NCBI GenBank assembly: GCA_016180085.1
Contig: JACPBX010000019.1
Location: 1-27,227 of the forward strand
Direction: 5' to 3'
Source: Candidatus Woesearchaeota archaeon
GTDB lineage: Archaea; Nanobdellota; Nanobdellia; Woesearchaeales; UBA10216
DNA length: 27,227 nucleotides
Shown piece by piece: positions 25,988 through 27,227 of this stretch (within the stretch, counting starts at the first letter, position 1; each line of letters begins with the position of its first letter). Below the pieces are notes generated by a model. That model had not been told where the DNA came from, searched no databases, and saw only the letters and a program-made list of their open reading frames with translations. A program made the translations under genes and the position numbers.

Positions 25988-25998
25988 GCGTGAACTGA

Positions 25999-26199
25999 AT
26001 GGGAAGGATAAAAACTCAGCTGACAAAAAGGGTGACAGAGCAGCTGCTCAGCAAATACCCAGGCCAGTTTAGCGAGGATTTCTCTGAAAACAAGCTTCTC
26101 GTTGCCAAGCACGTTTCAGTTTTTTCTGCAAAGCTCCGGAATACGGTGGCAGGCTACCTCACAAGGCTCGTAAAAGTAAGAAAGGCAAAGGGAATATAA
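25999..26199 (+). CDS. rps17e: 30S ribosomal protein S17e (eS17)
   Basis: MGRIKT...F..DF.ENK...S.KLRNTVAGY.T. Confidence 0.94.
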   Translation: MGRIKTQLTKRVTEQLLSKYPGQFSEDFSENKLLVAKHVSVFSAKLRNTVAGYLTRLVKVRKAKGI

Positions 26200-26480
26200 G
26201 GCCCATAATACCCTGCCAAAACTTATTAACATATTTCTCAGTCGTTTCCTGCAAAACACAATTCTTCCGCATTTTTACATAAAATTTCACAAAAAGCGCT
26301 GCTTATATTTTATAAATTTTATAATCACAAGTATCAAAAGCAGAATGAGTTATGCTTCTTTTTCTGAAAAATCAGCAAAAGATTATAGGAAGTATTATCC
26401 AAAAGCATATAAATAACCTCTGACTGACTTTTGTCATCGTTTTTTCAACGTTTGACAAAAAAAAGGTGGATTGATTTTTC

Positions 26481-26666
26481 ATGAAAGACCAAAGGTTCCT
26501 GCCGGCTGACAAGCGCGAACCCGTCGAGGATTATGACGATTATGCTGAGGAAAGTTCTGACGCTGATGAATTGTTTATCGGCAGTGAAGCCGAGGCGGAA
26601 GAGCTTCAAATGCTTGACCACAACGGCAAAAAAACGCAGAAGGACGTCCTTTACATTGCAAGCTGA
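26481..26666 (+). CDS. Small acidic hypothetical protein
   Basis: 61 aa, D/E-rich. TATAAATA at 26408-26415 and SD-like AAGGTGG upstream. Confidence 0.5.
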   Translation: MKDQRFLPADKREPVEDYDDYAEESSDADELFIGSEAEAEELQMLDHNGKKTQKDVLYIAS

Positions 26667-26764
26667 TTCTTTTTATTGTGCGCGGGATTGACATTCGCAG
26701 TTGCTGCGGCATTATCAGTTGAGAAAGTATTTTAAAGCAGTTAAAAGTTGCTTGTTCTTAGTTT

Positions 26765-26874
26765 GGGCTCGTGGTCTAACGGCATGACGCATCCTTCGCA
26801 TGACCCTTTTAAGAAAAGGGTCAATCCAAAAACGGAAAGGGATGAAACTGCGGGTTCGATTCCCGCCGAGTCCA
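26765..26874 (+). tRNA. tRNA-Ala(CGC) with a 37/38 intron
   Basis: Acceptor GGGCTCG/CGAGTCC with the G3:U70 alanine identity pair and A73; anticodon stem CATCC/GGATG; loop TT-CGC-A|G; T-arm GCGGG-TTCGATT-CCCGC. CCA not encoded. Confidence 0.95.
26801..26838 (+). other. tRNA-Ala intron (38 nt) made of the repeat element
   Basis: TGACCCTTTT-AAG-AAAAGGGTCA (perfect 10-bp hairpin)-ATCCAAAAA-CGGAAA. Central helix TTCG:CGGA with 3-nt bulges CA|T and AA|G. Confidence 0.88.
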
Positions 26875-26883
26875 TTCAAAATA

Positions 26884-26972
26884 GTTTTTTGGTCGAGCTT
26901 TCTTCGGCGGAGAGCCGAAGACTGTTGCCTCACCGGCAACATTTTTGCTCACCACAGTGAGGAAAAAGGTCG
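26884..26972 (-). repeat. Palindromic repeat element, long form, inverted orientation
   Basis: Minus strand reads CGACC-TTTTT-C-CTCAC TGTG GTGAG-C-AAAAA-[TGTTGCC GGTGA GGCAACA]G[TCTTCGGC TCTCC GCCGAAGA]AA-GCTCG-ACCAAAAAAC. Same architecture as 6061-6145. Confidence 0.7.
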
Positions 26973-26973
26973 T

Positions 26974-27227
26974 ATGGAAAAGGAACTTGATGAGTTTGTG
27001 AAGCTGGCGAGGAAGGCCCTTGCCGAGTCTCCCTGGGCTAACATACAGACCGTAAAGAGCTATTCTGCCCAGCTTGCTTCTGAAGCCGATGAAGTGCAGG
27101 AAGCTGTTAGTAAGGGCGATAGTGAGAGCCTGAAGGCAGAGCTTGGTGACTTGTTTTGGGATACGCTTATGGTCATGCTCATAGCCGAGAAACAAGGCTG
27201 GTTCAAGCCTGAGGACTCAATCAGAAG
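26974..27227 (+). CDS. mazG: MazG-family nucleotide pyrophosphohydrolase (partial, runs off the window end)
   Basis: Not in the ORF track. Manual translation: MEKELDEFVKLARKALAESPWANIQTVKSYSAQLASEADEVQEAVSKGDSESLKAELGDLFWDTL...; contains PW..QT and the EXXE...EXXD metal-binding motif. Confidence 0.85.
   Translation, partial: MEKELDEFVKLARKALAESPWANIQTVKSYSAQLASEADEVQEAVSKGDSESLKAELGDLFWDTLMVMLIAEKQGWFKPEDSIR

Noticed and set aside
25162-26112. 316-aa minus-strand ORF
   Set aside because: Antisense shadow of rpl11/rps17e, a by-product of codon bias.
26429-26480. Hairpin plus AAAAGGTGGATTGA, containing short matches to the element (TCAATCCA, AAAAAACGATGA on the - strand)
   Set aside because: The matches are in the wrong order and sit in AT-rich sequence. 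It is explained adequately by an SD site and a local hairpin.
26821-27195. Track ORFs overlapping tRNA-Ala and tRNA-Thr (26715-26942, 26748-26960, 26821-27195, 6406-6813)
   Set aside because: They overlap clear tRNA genes, the repeat element or the better-supported mazG frame.
1-27227. CRISPR array, rRNA, transposase, integrase or intein
   Set aside because: None seen: no regularly spaced direct repeats, and no ORF with recognisable DDE, HUH, tyrosine-recombinase or intein motifs.

Overview
Archaeal chromosome segment, most consistent with a DPANN archaeon of the Woesearchaeota type. This is an inference from the archaeal housekeeping genes (elp3, tfe, secD/secF, ftsZ-secE-spt5-rpl11, rps17e, archaeal cmk/pyrH/pyrG) and the style of the hypothetical proteins. 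Most of the window is housekeeping. The standout signal is a small palindromic repeat family, consensus YRACCYTTTT-loop-AAAA-[optional hairpins]-GGTYR-AYCMAAAAAC(G), found four times. Two copies form almost the whole 37/38 introns of two different tRNAs (Thr-CGT and Ala-CGC). One is a larger free copy carrying two extra hairpins, lying between a truncated and a complete copy of a zinc-finger gene start. One is an inverted larger copy between tRNA-Ala and mazG. The three + strand copies follow CG(C/T)A and end in CG, which can pair with that flank in the register of a bulge-helix-bulge splice site. No transposase is present in the window. Other points: pyrH has an internal deletion plus frameshift; a stand-alone protein has CARF-like topology; L11 has a ~105-aa extension with no rpl1/rpl10/rpl12 downstream; there is an orphan CheR-like methyltransferase. 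All family calls come from motif reading by eye; no searches were run.
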